DNA of 18,219 nt from Gemmatimonadota bacterium (GCA_040905425.1 JBBDRO010000098.1:1-18219); one strand, 5' to 3'; shown: positions 7,975 to 17,195, counted from the stretch's first letter. Notes: generated by a model not told the origin, from the letters alone. A program made the numbers and translations.

Positions 7975-9495
7975 TGGAGGCCCCCCCACCCGCACGAACT
8001 CCTCACCCGCAATGCTCACGCTCTCAGCCGCCCCCCCGGCCGGCGGGAAGGTGAAGCTGGCCACCACGCCGCCGCCGATGTCGATGCGCAGCTGGTTCGA
8101 CGCGGCGTCGAGGACCTCGGCCCGGCTGTGCGCCACGCCGATGCGCGCCTCCAGGCCACCGGCCACCACGCGCCACTCGATGCGGCCCAGGCGTTCGTTC
8201 TCGTAGCTGCCGGCGTAGGCCTCCAGCGGGTGGGGCAGGGGCGCCAGTCGGGCGCGCCGCTCGGCCAGATGCTCCGCGAGGCCCTGCCGGGAGGAGGCGG
8301 CCGCCTGACGCAGCTCCGCCAGCCGCTCGGCGTAGCGCTCCTCCAGCCCCGGCTTGCCGAGCAGCCGGTCGTAGGCGTAAGTGGCCAGCAGGTCCGCCGC
8401 CGGGCTTGCGGCCCCGGTGCCGTTGACCAGCACCACCACGCCTAGCCCATGCGCGGGCATGAAGGACATGTGCGAACGGTAGCCCGAGAAGCCGCCGAAC
8501 CGGTGGATGATCGTGTCACCGTCGTAGGTGCCCAGGTCCCAGCCGAAACCCCAACCGTGCCGATGAAACGGGCCGAACTCGCGGTCCTGCGAGACGTGGA
8601 GCCCGTGCGTGTCCCGGATCGGCGCGCTCGGCAGCACGGCTCTCCCCTCCACCGTCCCACCGGACAGGTGGGCGGCCAGGTACCGGGCCAGGTCACGGGC
8701 GGAGGCAAAGTGTCCGCCCGCCGCGTGCATGTTGGCGTCCGCCTTGCCGAGCTCCACCCGCACGAAGCCGTCCGGCGCCTCCGCGTGCGGCATGGCCGCC
8801 CCGTCCGCGGGCAGCCGCGACACGTACGCGGTGGTGGCCGCCATGCCGAGCGGCTCGAGCACCTCGCGCCGGACGATCTCCTGCCAGCCCGCGTCGTAGC
8901 GGGCCTCGAGCACCATACCGAGCAGGTTGTAGCCCAGGTTGTTGTAGGAGTATGTGCCCTTTGCGCCGGTGGGTGCGTGATAGCGAAGCAGGTCCAGGAG
9001 CTGCGCCCGTGTGAACTGGCCGGTGAATGCCGTGCGCAGGACCACGGGCCCGTTGCCCGACAGACCGTGCGTCAGGGTGAGCAGGTCCCGCACGGTGATG
9101 GACTCCGGCACCACCCCCTCCGGCAGCCGCGCGTCCGGCAGGTAGCGCATCATCGGCGCGTCCAGCTCCAGCTCCCCACGGTGCGCCGCCAGCACCGCGG
9201 CCAGCGCCGTCAGCGACTTGCTGCTGGAGGCAATGTAGAACGGCGTGTCCCCGGTGGCCGGCCGCCCGGTGCGCAGGTCGGCGGTCCCGAACCCGCGGGC
9301 ATGAAGCACCCAGTCGCCGCCGGTGACCGCCAGCCCGATGCCGGGCGAAAGTCCCGCTTCGACGAGCCGCTCCGCGAAGGCGTCCACATCCGCGCGCCAC
9401 GCGCCGCCGATCGTGGCCTGCGCCACGCCGGTTGCCGGGAGCATCATGCCGATGAGCATCAGGATGGCCGGTTGTGCGCTGCGCGTCCTTCCCAT
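7930..9495 (-). CDS. Secreted serine hydrolase, beta-lactamase class C / AmpC-like family, with C-terminal DUF3471-like domain
   Basis: Signal peptide (GVAQA), FYIASSSKSLT (SxxK), LLTLTHGL, YSYNNLGY (YxN), HRFGGFSGY, and PLEAYAGSY starting the C-terminal domain. Confidence 0.9.
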   Translation of the reverse strand: MGRTRSAQPAILMLIGMMLPATGVAQATIGGAWRADVDAFAERLVEAGLSPGIGLAVTGGDWVLHARGFGTADLRTGRPATGDTPFYIASSSKSLTALAAVLAAHRGELELDAPMMRYLPDARLPEGVVPESITVRDLLTLTHGLSGNGPVVLRTAFTGQFTRAQLLDLLRYHAPTGAKGTYSYNNLGYNLLGMVLEARYDAGWQEIVRREVLEPLGMAATTAYVSRLPADGAAMPHAEAPDGFVRVELGKADANMHAAGGHFASARDLARYLAAHLSGGTVEGRAVLPSAPIRDTHGLHVSQDREFGPFHRHGWGFGWDLGTYDGDTIIHRFGGFSGYRSHMSFMPAHGLGVVVLVNGTGAASPAADLLATYAYDRLLGKPGLEERYAERLAELRQAAASSRQGLAEHLAERRARLAPLPHPLEAYAGSYENERLGRIEWRVVAGGLEARIGVAHSRAEVLDAASNQLRIDIGGGVVASFTFPPAGGAAESVSIAGEEFVRVGGPPSTASLRDQILDQLP

Positions 9496-9609
9496 GGGAT
9501 ACCGCCTCTCGTCTGGCCGGGGTGTTCAGTCACTCGCTGCCAGGAAGATGTGATGCCGAGGTTCGAGAGGATTGAACGGATGAAGCCCGTACGGATGACC
9601 GGGCTGCCC

Positions 9610-10410
9610 TCAGCTCCCCCCCACCAGCCGCCGGAACCCGGACGGCGTGATGCCCGCCGCCCCGCGAAACTCCCGGCAGAAATGCGCCTGGTCCGCGTAG
9701 CCCGACGCGTGGGCAATCCGGCCGAGTGGCGCCGCGCTCCCGGCCGCGGCGTGCGCGGCGCGCTGCAGGCGCTGGCGCTTGCGGTACGTGGTAATGCTCA
9801 CTCCAAAGTGGCGCCGGAACGCACGCGCGAGCGAGACCGGGTGCACACCCGCGTCGACAGCCACATCCCGCACCCGGACGGTCTCCGTGGGGCGGTCGTC
9901 GAGCTCCTCCCGCACGCGTCGCAGCCATCCGGGGGCGCCTCCGTCCGCCACGGGATCGCTCGCTATGCCGGCCAGCACGGTCAGGACCGTATTCTCGATG
10001 TCGGCTGCCGGAGTGCCAGCGCCCGCCCGCAGCATCCGCAGCAGCGCCAGCATGTCCCGCAGCGCCGGCGGGGCGTGCAGCCAGCGCCACGGTCCCAGTC
10101 CACCGTCCGCATCCTCAAGCGTCCGTGCGTAGGCTGGGTCGAAGGCTATCTGCAGCGTGCGCGAACCGCTGGGGCCCACCTCGTCCGCGTGCTCGACGTG
10201 CGCCGGCTTGATCACCAGGCTGAGCGTGGTGGCGCACGCCTCGCCGCGGCCGACGGTCTCCCGGATGGCGCCGGCCAGCAGCATGCTCACCCCCGCGTCC
10301 TCATGCGCGTGCGCCGCCTGCCGGAAGCGGGGCGGATAGAGCACCTCGCTGACCCGGAACGGGCCTGCGGCGCGCGTGGCGGCCAGCGTGACGTGGGAGG
10401 GATGGCTCAT
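9610..10410 (-). CDS. AraC-family transcriptional regulator (cupin sensor plus double HTH)
   Basis: AHAHE cupin motif; VAVDAGVHPVSLARAFRRHFG; IAHASGYADQAHFCREFR...TPSGFR. Confidence 0.92.
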   Translation of the reverse strand: MSHPSHVTLAATRAAGPFRVSEVLYPPRFRQAAHAHEDAGVSMLLAGAIRETVGRGEACATTLSLVIKPAHVEHADEVGPSGSRTLQIAFDPAYARTLEDADGGLGPWRWLHAPPALRDMLALLRMLRAGAGTPAADIENTVLTVLAGIASDPVADGGAPGWLRRVREELDDRPTETVRVRDVAVDAGVHPVSLARAFRRHFGVSITTYRKRQRLQRAAHAAAGSAAPLGRIAHASGYADQAHFCREFRGAAGITPSGFRRLVGGS

Positions 10411-10506
10411 CGTGCCCCTCCGTACGCGCGGCATCCGCGCGTGGTTCCAGAAGGGCCGGTAGGGCGGTTGGATCGCAACGGTCGGAAAAGGGCGCGTCGA
10501 ATTCCC

Positions 10507-10809
10507 TCAGATCCTCACGTGGACCGACTCTCCATCAGGAAACCGCGCCGTGATCTCCAGCTCGCCACCCATGGCTTCGATCACTTCACGGAGCGTATCC
10601 ACATGGATGTTCTCGCGCTTCTCCAGCCGGGAAATCCCGGACTGGTGGGCGCCCAGCCTCTCGGCCAACTGCTCCTGTGTGAGACCCCGCAGCTCACGCA
10701 GCTCCCTCAACTGCAGGGCGGTCGACAGCGCGTCCGCTTTCTGCTTAGCGCGCTCCACCATCTCGGGCGACCGCCTGGCGCGGATGTCTTCCCACCGGTG
10801 AACCGCCAT
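10507..10809 (-). CDS. HigA-like XRE antitoxin
   Basis: LRELRELRGLTQEQLAERLGAHQSGISRLEK...TLREVIEAMGGELEITARFPDG; GAGGAG RBS; lies downstream of a RelE-type toxin. Confidence 0.88.
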   Translation of the reverse strand: MAVHRWEDIRARRSPEMVERAKQKADALSTALQLRELRELRGLTQEQLAERLGAHQSGISRLEKRENIHVDTLREVIEAMGGELEITARFPDGESVHVRI

Positions 10810-10834
10810 CACGTCTCCTCGTGCAGCTTACGCT

Positions 10835-11182
10835 TCATGCCTGGCCCGTTTCGTCGAGGTAATCGTCGTACAAGGTATCGGCCTCGGGTACGTTTCTGTC
10901 GTACCAGCGCTCGTCGCCGGTCTTGTCACTACCCAGCAGCACCACCGCGGCGCGACCGGGATCAAACGCGTACAGAACGCGCAACGGCCGCCCGCGATGC
11001 TGGATCCGCAACTCACGCATGTGCGGGTGCCGGGAACTCGCGATCGCCGACGAATACGGAAAAGGGAGCCGAGGACCATACCGGCCCAGCAACTCGACGA
11101 CCGTCGTCACGTCTTCGGCCTCGCTTTCAGGAAGCCCCAGATACCAATCAGTGAAGCGATTCGTCGCGTTGATTTTCCACAT
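10835..11182 (-). CDS. HigB-like RelE/ParE-superfamily toxin (Gp49-like)
   Basis: GPRLPFPYSS...SRHPHMRELRIQHRGRPLRVLYAFDPGRAAVVLLGSDKTGDERWY; toxin-first gene order. Confidence 0.88.
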   Translation of the reverse strand: MWKINATNRFTDWYLGLPESEAEDVTTVVELLGRYGPRLPFPYSSAIASSRHPHMRELRIQHRGRPLRVLYAFDPGRAAVVLLGSDKTGDERWYDRNVPEADTLYDDYLDETGQA

Positions 11183-11185
11183 CAA

Positions 11186-11214
11186 AATATGCACTGGAGA
11201 TCATATGCTGTCAA
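11186..11214 (-). promoter_or_regulatory. higBA-like promoter with palindromic operator
   Basis: Minus strand TTGACA-N17-CATATT; inverted repeat ATATG-N10-CATAT (11187-11206) overlaps the spacer and -10, as expected for antitoxin autorepression. Confidence 0.6.
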
Positions 11215-11339
11215 ACTCAACTCAGCAGGATGATGCGGGACGATCCGGGGCAGAAGAATGGCGGGATGAGCACAACGGCGGTCCGGGTCCCCTAGCGCGG
11301 GCCGGCCAGTTGGCCAGAGGATGACAACGAAAGGATGTT

Positions 11340-11390
11340 AAGCGACGAACGCCGCGCCGCCCCCGGGGGCTGACGCGGCGTACGTCGCTT
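11340..11390. repeat. REP-like palindrome / hairpin, copy 2 (probable terminator of the PQQ dehydrogenase gene)
   Basis: 17-bp inverted repeat with one mismatch, AAGCGACGAACGCCGCG / CGCGGCGTACGTCGCTT, around GCCCCCGGGGGC; 9 bp downstream of the stop at 11400. Confidence 0.85.
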
Positions 11391-11399
11391 GAAACAGGG

Positions 11400-12524
11400 T
11401 TACCTGGCGGGGACCAGGCGGATCATGGGTGCGTCCTCTGCGTCCACGAGCAGGTAGAGGTGGCCCTCCGGGCCCACACGCACGTCGCGGATGCGGCCGT
11501 AGCCCTCGAGCAGGGTCTCCCAGCCGGTGGCGCGGTTGCCGTCCAGATCCACGCGCGCCAGCTGCTGGCCGGCCAGGCCGCCCACGAAGGCGTCTCCGCG
11601 CCAGCCCGGGAAGGCGTCCCCGTGGTAGATAGCCAGGCCGCTCGTGGCAATGGAGGGGACCCAGTGGTGTACCGGCTGCTCCATGCCCTCCTGCTCGGTG
11701 AGATCAGTGATGGGGCGGCCGTTGTAGTTGATGCCGTAGGTGATGGTGGGCCAGCCGTAGTTGCGGCCGGGGCGCAGGATGTTCAGCTCGTCGCCGCCGC
11801 GGGGGCCGTGCTCGGTCTGCCACAGCTCGCCCGTCTCGGGGTGGAGGGCCATGCCCTGGGGGCTGCGGTTGCCGTAGGTCCAGATCTCGGGGCGCGCGTC
11901 ACTCCTGCCCACGAAGGGGTTGTCCTCGGGAACGCGGCCGTCCTCATGCAGGCGGACGGTGACGCCCTGGTGGTTGGAGGGATCCTGCGCAGCCTCCATC
12001 TGGCCGCGTTCGCCCACCGTGATGAAGAGGTAGCCGTTGCCGTCGAAGACCAGGCGGGAGCCAAAGTGCTGGCCGGCGCTCCGCCAGGCATCCGCCTCGA
12101 AGATCTCCTCCACGTCCGCCAGGCTATTGCCCTCCAGACGGCCGCGGATGACGGCGGTGGTGGCCTGATTGCCCTCGGCGGCGGGCTTGGAGAAGCTCAG
12201 GTAGACCAGGCGGTTGGTGGCAAATTCCGGGTGCAGCGCCACGTCGAGCAGGCCGCCCTGGCCGCGCGCGTAGACGGCGGGGACGCCGAAGATCGGTGCG
12301 GCCTGAAGCTGGCCGTCTCGCACCAGGCGCAGGCGGCCGGGACGCTCGGTGACCAGCATGCCGCCGTCCGGCAGGAAGGCCATGCCCCAGGGGTGCTCCA
12401 GGCCGGTGACCACGGTGTCCACCGTGAAGGCGTGGTGCTCGGAGCGCTGTGTCTGGGCGTCCCCGGGCGCGGCGCACGCCAGGACGGACAGGGTGCAGGC
12501 AAGGGCAGCGGCTGGCTTCAGCAT
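11400..12524 (-). CDS. PQQ-dependent soluble aldose sugar dehydrogenase (GSDH / YliI-like), exported
   Basis: GLEHPWGMAFLPDG, GQGGLLDVALHPEF, HFGSRLVF, YGNRSPQG, EHGPRGGDELN, NYGWP and GRIRDV; GAGGAA RBS; signal with VLAC. Confidence 0.93.
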   Translation of the reverse strand: MLKPAAALACTLSVLACAAPGDAQTQRSEHHAFTVDTVVTGLEHPWGMAFLPDGGMLVTERPGRLRLVRDGQLQAAPIFGVPAVYARGQGGLLDVALHPEFATNRLVYLSFSKPAAEGNQATTAVIRGRLEGNSLADVEEIFEADAWRSAGQHFGSRLVFDGNGYLFITVGERGQMEAAQDPSNHQGVTVRLHEDGRVPEDNPFVGRSDARPEIWTYGNRSPQGMALHPETGELWQTEHGPRGGDELNILRPGRNYGWPTITYGINYNGRPITDLTEQEGMEQPVHHWVPSIATSGLAIYHGDAFPGWRGDAFVGGLAGQQLARVDLDGNRATGWETLLEGYGRIRDVRVGPEGHLYLLVDAEDAPMIRLVPAR

Positions 12525-12620
12525 GGCTTTCCTCGGGCGATGTGGACTCGATGACCACCTAATGATGCTCAGAAATGCCCGCTCGGGGAAGTGCGAATCG
12601 CCCACGGAGCCAGCCGCCGG

Positions 12621-13625
12621 CTAGCGCACCTGCACGTTGCCTCCATGGATGGCCACGGCTTCGCCCGTGGGGGCCAGCCCGCAGCCGACGAAGCCGGGCT
12701 CGGCGGCTCGGCTCTCGGGGGGGCTCACCTGATCGGGCGGGCTCTTGCTGCCCTCGCCGTTGTCCGTGGCCATCCAGGTGACCACCGCCCCCGCCGCGGG
12801 CGCGCCGCGGTCGCTGTGGGACACCACCCCTTCGAGGAGGGCCGTCGGCCCGTCCGTCTCCAGGCAGGTGACCTCGCCGTGCATGCGGGCCCCGGTGGCC
12901 CGGTCATGGAACTCGAAGTTGCCCTTGATCGCGGCGCCGTTGCTCTGCGCGTGGAAGGAGAAGGACAGGGTGGCGCCGCTGACGTCGTAGACGCCGTGCC
13001 CGTTCACCTTCCCCGCCGTGAGCGTGAGCGTGGGCGGCGGCTCGCCCTCCAGGATGTCATCGACCTTGTTGCCACTCCCGTCGATGCAGATGTAGCCGTT
13101 GCCGTTCTCGTCCGCCGGGTCGGAAAAGCCCGGCTTGCCCACCACGAGGATCGGAGTGAAGCCGTCCGGGCAGACGATGTCGCTGCCGGGGTCATCGCCG
13201 GGGCCGTCTTGAGCGGTGCCGGGTTGGTCGTCGGCCACGGAAACGCCGTCGACCTGGCACACGAAGCCGTTCCCGTTGAGGTCCATGGGGTCGCCCAGGA
13301 CGACGACGGCCGAACCGAAGAAGCAGATCCCTGGGCGGTCGTCCAGGAACTCCCCCAGGGACACCCCCGCCAGGGTCTCCTTCTGGCACACCCAGCCGTT
13401 GCCGTTCTCATCAACGCCGGCTGCCTCGGGCGCTTCGTTCACGCTCACGCCGCCGTAGGTGTAGGTAATGCCATCGCCGTTGAAGCACTCCCCCGGGTTC
13501 GTGCTCTGGGCGACGGCAAAGGAGGGCAGCCAACCGTCCGGAGCGGTCAGGGTCGGCGCCGTGGTGTCGGAACAGGCCGCAACCGCTACGGCGAGTGGGG
13601 CAGCGAGGATGAGGTGCAGGCGCAT
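12621..13625 (-). CDS. Hypothetical acidic lipoprotein with three C-x(n)-DxNGNGx[VI]C-x(n)-DD repeats and a C-terminal beta domain
   Basis: Lipobox VAAC; repeats DENGNGWVC, DLNGNGFVC and DENGNGYIC; C-terminal FSFHA...KGNFEFHD...GEVTCL...DNGEG. Confidence 0.8.
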   Translation of the reverse strand: MRLHLILAAPLAVAVAACSDTTAPTLTAPDGWLPSFAVAQSTNPGECFNGDGITYTYGGVSVNEAPEAAGVDENGNGWVCQKETLAGVSLGEFLDDRPGICFFGSAVVVLGDPMDLNGNGFVCQVDGVSVADDQPGTAQDGPGDDPGSDIVCPDGFTPILVVGKPGFSDPADENGNGYICIDGSGNKVDDILEGEPPPTLTLTAGKVNGHGVYDVSGATLSFSFHAQSNGAAIKGNFEFHDRATGARMHGEVTCLETDGPTALLEGVVSHSDRGAPAAGAVVTWMATDNGEGSKSPPDQVSPPESRAAEPGFVGCGLAPTGEAVAIHGGNVQVR

Positions 13626-13719
13626 GTTGTGGGTCCTTGATGGAGGGCTCTTTGCCCGGTGGCCGTGGAGCGCGGAAAAGCCTGGGAATATGCGGCCCGG
13701 GTGGTGGGGCCGACCGCCC

Positions 13720-13748
13720 TATTTAGTCCCCGGGAAGTTGGATGTCAA
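13720..13748 (-). promoter_or_regulatory. Putative promoter for the repeat lipoprotein
   Basis: Minus strand TTGACA-N17-TAAATA, about 95 bp upstream of the ATG at 13625. Confidence 0.6.
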
Positions 13749-13814
13749 CCCTTTTCTCGGTGGGCGTTCCTCACCCGGCCGCCGCTGTGGAGGCCCCCTG
13801 CCCCCCTACCCGTC

Positions 13815-13949
13815 CTAGCCGATTTCGAACACGGCCACCGTCTCCACGCCCCATCCTGCTTCACCAGGAGCGCGGTGAAGCACGGCATCCGGGTGGTAGA
13901 GCGCCGCGTACCCCTCGTAATCCCCCCGCGCCACGGTCCTGGACATTTC
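13815..13949 (-). pseudogene. Remnant of an NTF2/SnoaL-like (DUF4440-type) gene, internally deleted
   Basis: One frame gives EMSRTVARGDYEGYAALYHPDAVL (typical NTF2-like N-terminal helices). It runs directly into FTALLVKQDGAWR (typical NTF2-like last strand) in another frame at about 13879. Confidence 0.6.
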
Positions 13950-14063
13950 GGGCCTGCAGGCGCTGGCGGCGAGCTGCACGATGGCGTCCTACGCCCGCGA
14001 CCTCGGGTGTACGGCGCCATTGCCGCCGGACGCATCGCAAGGTGCTCGGCGGAAGAAGGTGAT

Positions 14064-14077
14064 AAGCGACGTCGCTT
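14064..14077. repeat. Perfect 14-bp palindrome equal to the fused outer ends of the REP-like element
   Basis: AAGCGACGTCGCTT, 15 bp downstream of the permease stop. Confidence 0.65.
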
Positions 14078-14092
14078 CTCACCCTCCTTCCT

Positions 14093-16810
14093 CTATTCGG
14101 CCCGCAGCGCTTTCACCGGGTCCACCCGCGTGGCCCGCCATGCCGGCACCCAGCTGGCCACGGCGCCCACCGCCAGGAGCGTGGCGGCGGCCGTGGCCAG
14201 CACCCAGGGATCGGTGGGCACCACGCCCCAGAGCCGGCTGGCCAGCAGGCGGCCCACGGCGTAGGCCACCCCCAGCCCGGCCACGATGCCGAGCCCCGTG
14301 CGCTCCAGCCCCTGGCGCAGGACCATCTCCCGCACGCCCCCCGCGCCCGCACCCAGGGCCAGGCGGACGCCGAACTCGCGCGCCCGGCTGGCCACGCTGA
14401 AGGCCATCACGGCGTAGAGGCCCACGCCCGCCAGGAGCACCGCGAGCACGGCGAAGAGGGTGGTGAGGCGGGCCAGCATGCGGTCCTCCGTGAGGACCGT
14501 GGCCACGCGCTCGTCGAGCGTCATGACATCGTACGGAGGGAGGTCCGGATCCACCCGCGCCACCGCGTCGGGCAGACGGCGGGTCAGCGCGATCGCGCTC
14601 CCCGCCGTACGGGCGTAGATGGTCCCCCAGGTGGGCGTCCACTGCTGGCCCATGGGCTCGAGCACCAGCGCCTGCTCGCTGTCCTTGGCGGAGTGCGCGC
14701 GCACGTCCTCCACGATGCCCACGATCCGGAAGAGCCCCTCCCGGTAGACCAGCTCCACCTCCATGCCCAGGGCGGCCCCGCCGGGGGCCAGGCGCTCTGC
14801 AACGTCACGGCTGACGAGGAGGACGTTCCGCGGAGGATCCGCCATGACCTCCTCGGGAAGGAAATCGCGACCGGCCAGCAGGTCGATGCCCAGCGCGGCT
14901 ATGAAGCCTTCGCTCACCTGGTTCACGTTCGCGTCCGCACCCCCCTCACCCTCGGGCGTTCCGGCCGGGCGGAGGCGGGTGTCCCCGCGCTGGTTACCGT
15001 GCAGCGCCGCCCCCGCGAAGCCAGCCCCCTGCACGCCCGGCACCGCGCGGACACTGGCCAGGAGCTCCCGCCAGAGGCCGGGCAGGGCGTCCGAATCGTA
15101 CCCCTGCGTGCCCGCGCTCAGCGTCATCTCCGCAACTCCCTCCGTCTTGAAGCCCAGGTCCATGTCCCCCAGGGCGCGAAGCGAGTCGAGGAGTAGGCCG
15201 GCACCTGCCAGCAGTCCCATGGAGAGCGCCACCTGCACCACCACGAGCATGCCGCGCAGGCGGCCACCACCCGCGGAAGTCCGGGCCCCGCTGCGTAGCG
15301 TGCCGTCGGCGGCGCGGGCGGCGAGCAGGGCAGGTACCACGGAGAAGAGGATGCCGGTGAGCAACGCGGTTCCGGCGGCGAAGAGCAGCACCGGGCCGTC
15401 CAGCGCCACGCCTTCCAGCGGCGGCAGGTTGCGCCCGAGCCGCTGGCCGTGAAAGAGCGCCAGGAGCGTTCCGGCGAGCCCCACGCCCACCACCCCGGCG
15501 GTGGCCCCCAGGAGCGTGCCCTCGGTGACGAGCTGCCGCACCAGCCTGCCGCGGCCGGCGCCGATGGCGCGGCGGACCGCCAGCTCGTGGCGCCGGCCGT
15601 AGCCCCGCGCCAGCACCAGGTTGGCGGCATTGGCCACGGCGAGTACCAGGAGGAGGAGCACCACCCCGCCCAGCACCTTGAGCATCCCCGTGATCCGCTC
15701 CCTGGTCCAGGAGGGCAGCCCCATGCCGGCGGTCACCACCGGGACGAAGCGCTCCAGCCGGCTGGCGCCTGGATTGGCCTCTACCAGGGCCCGGCGGGCG
15801 GCGCGCAGCTGCGCCTCGGCGGTGGAGGGGGCGGCACCGGGTGAAAGCCGGCCGTACAGGTTCAGGTACTGGCCCCTGTTGCGAGCGGTGAGGAGGGTCC
15901 CATCCGACTCCGCCTCCCGGGCAGCCCACCCCTCGATCGGGATCCAGGCGTCCACACTGCTCATGGGGTAGGAAGCACCGCGGAAGTCGGCCGGCGCCAC
16001 GCCCACCACGGTGAAGGGATCGCCGTTGAACTCCAGCGAAGTTCCGATCACGCTCCGCGCGCCGCCGAAGGCCTCCTGCCAGTAGCGGTGGCCGAGCATC
16101 ACGATCCGCGGGTCTTCCCCCGGCAGTGGATCGGGCGTGCGGCCGAGGGTGGGGATGACGCCGAGCACCTGGAAATAGCCCGCCATCATGATCTCCACCC
16201 CGCGCCGCTCGGGCGCGGCACCGCCGGGAACCACCACGTGGGCCTGGTTGAAGGCGGACGCAGTGAGCCCCGCCACGGCGGGCGCCGGCGCCCTGGTGAG
16301 ATCGCTGGCGTCGGCGTGTGAGATGAAAGCGAAGCTCACCCCTTGCCCGGCCCGGGCCTCCGGCTCGAAGCGCACGGTGATGAGCTCCTCCGGCGCGGCC
16401 ACCCCCGGGAGCGGGCGCAGGATGGCCCACTCGGCCACGCTGAAGATGGCCGTGGTGGCGCCGATGCCCAGCGCCAGCGTGAGGACCACCGCGGCCGTGT
16501 AGCCGGGGCGCCGGGCCAGCGCCCGGGTACCGATGCGGACATCCCGCAGGATGCCGGTCAGCCATTCCCTGCGCCGATGCGTGCGGGCCTGGTCCACCAG
16601 CAACCCCGTCACCTCACCCGCCACGCGCTCGCGGTCCCCGAAGCGCCGCTCCGCTTCCCGCCGCGCCTCCTCCCGGTCCATCCCCGCGCGCTCGTTGTCC
16701 CGGGCGCGCATGGCAATGTGGAAATCCACCTCGTCGTGCACATCCTCTTCCACGGGAGGGCGGAAGCCGTCCAGCAGCCTCCGCCACCGGCCGGGGCCGC
16801 GCCGGCTCAC
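14093..16810 (-). CDS. ADOP-family duplicated ABC permease (MacB/FtsX-like)
   Basis: EEDVHDEVDFH...EAERRFG prefix, VLTLALGIGATTAIFSV, RRHELAVRRAIGAGRGRLVRQLVTE, LVVVQVALS, REFGVRLALGA and RATRVDPVKALRAE; the GTG start overlaps the padR stop. Confidence 0.92.
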   Translation of the reverse strand: MSRRGPGRWRRLLDGFRPPVEEDVHDEVDFHIAMRARDNERAGMDREEARREAERRFGDRERVAGEVTGLLVDQARTHRRREWLTGILRDVRIGTRALARRPGYTAAVVLTLALGIGATTAIFSVAEWAILRPLPGVAAPEELITVRFEPEARAGQGVSFAFISHADASDLTRAPAPAVAGLTASAFNQAHVVVPGGAAPERRGVEIMMAGYFQVLGVIPTLGRTPDPLPGEDPRIVMLGHRYWQEAFGGARSVIGTSLEFNGDPFTVVGVAPADFRGASYPMSSVDAWIPIEGWAAREAESDGTLLTARNRGQYLNLYGRLSPGAAPSTAEAQLRAARRALVEANPGASRLERFVPVVTAGMGLPSWTRERITGMLKVLGGVVLLLLVLAVANAANLVLARGYGRRHELAVRRAIGAGRGRLVRQLVTEGTLLGATAGVVGVGLAGTLLALFHGQRLGRNLPPLEGVALDGPVLLFAAGTALLTGILFSVVPALLAARAADGTLRSGARTSAGGGRLRGMLVVVQVALSMGLLAGAGLLLDSLRALGDMDLGFKTEGVAEMTLSAGTQGYDSDALPGLWRELLASVRAVPGVQGAGFAGAALHGNQRGDTRLRPAGTPEGEGGADANVNQVSEGFIAALGIDLLAGRDFLPEEVMADPPRNVLLVSRDVAERLAPGGAALGMEVELVYREGLFRIVGIVEDVRAHSAKDSEQALVLEPMGQQWTPTWGTIYARTAGSAIALTRRLPDAVARVDPDLPPYDVMTLDERVATVLTEDRMLARLTTLFAVLAVLLAGVGLYAVMAFSVASRAREFGVRLALGAGAGGVREMVLRQGLERTGLGIVAGLGVAYAVGRLLASRLWGVVPTDPWVLATAAATLLAVGAVASWVPAWRATRVDPVKALRAE

Positions 16811-17145
16811 GCGCCCCCCTCGGCGGTGGCCACCCGGGCCATGGCGTCGGCAAAGCGCGTCCAGTCCGTGTGCAGTCGTGTGAGCTCCCGCTGCCCGGCT
16901 GCGGTCAGGCGATAGTACCTGGCCCGCCGATTGTTCTCGGAGACGCCCCATTCGCTCTCCAGCAGGCCCTTCTTCTGGAGCCGGTGCAGGGCGGGGTAGA
17001 GCGAGCCCTCCTCCACCGCCAGCACGTCCTCCGTGGTGCGCTCGATCCAGCGCGCCACACCGTAGCCGTGCATGGAGCCCCAGGAGAGCGCCTTCAGGAT
17101 GAGGAAGTCCAGCGTGCCGTGGAGTAGATCCAGGTCCTTGCCCAT
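16807..17145 (-). CDS. PadR-family transcriptional regulator (Acidobacterial type)
   Basis: LLHGTLDFLILKAL..GSMHGYGVARWI...VEEGSLYPALHRL...WGVSENNRRARYYRLT. Confidence 0.93.
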   Translation of the reverse strand: MGKDLDLLHGTLDFLILKALSWGSMHGYGVARWIERTTEDVLAVEEGSLYPALHRLQKKGLLESEWGVSENNRRARYYRLTAAGQRELTRLHTDWTRFADAMARVATAEGGA

Positions 17146-17195
17146 GATGGTCAGGGGTGCGTGGTGAGCGGGCGGCCGCTGCGGCCGGTGGAGCC

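Noticed and set aside
7930..9495. True beta-lactamase resistance gene (ampC)
   Set aside because: SxxK and YxN are shared across the serine hydrolase family; it lacks the KTG triad and has an extra C-terminal domain, so the substrate is unknown.
8449..11154. 901-aa plus-strand ORF and other long Arg/Pro/Gly-rich ORFs (2076-3491, 11460-12554, 12591-13640, 14994-16565)
   Set aside because: Antisense or alternate-frame shadows of well-supported genes in high-GC DNA; no recognisable motifs.
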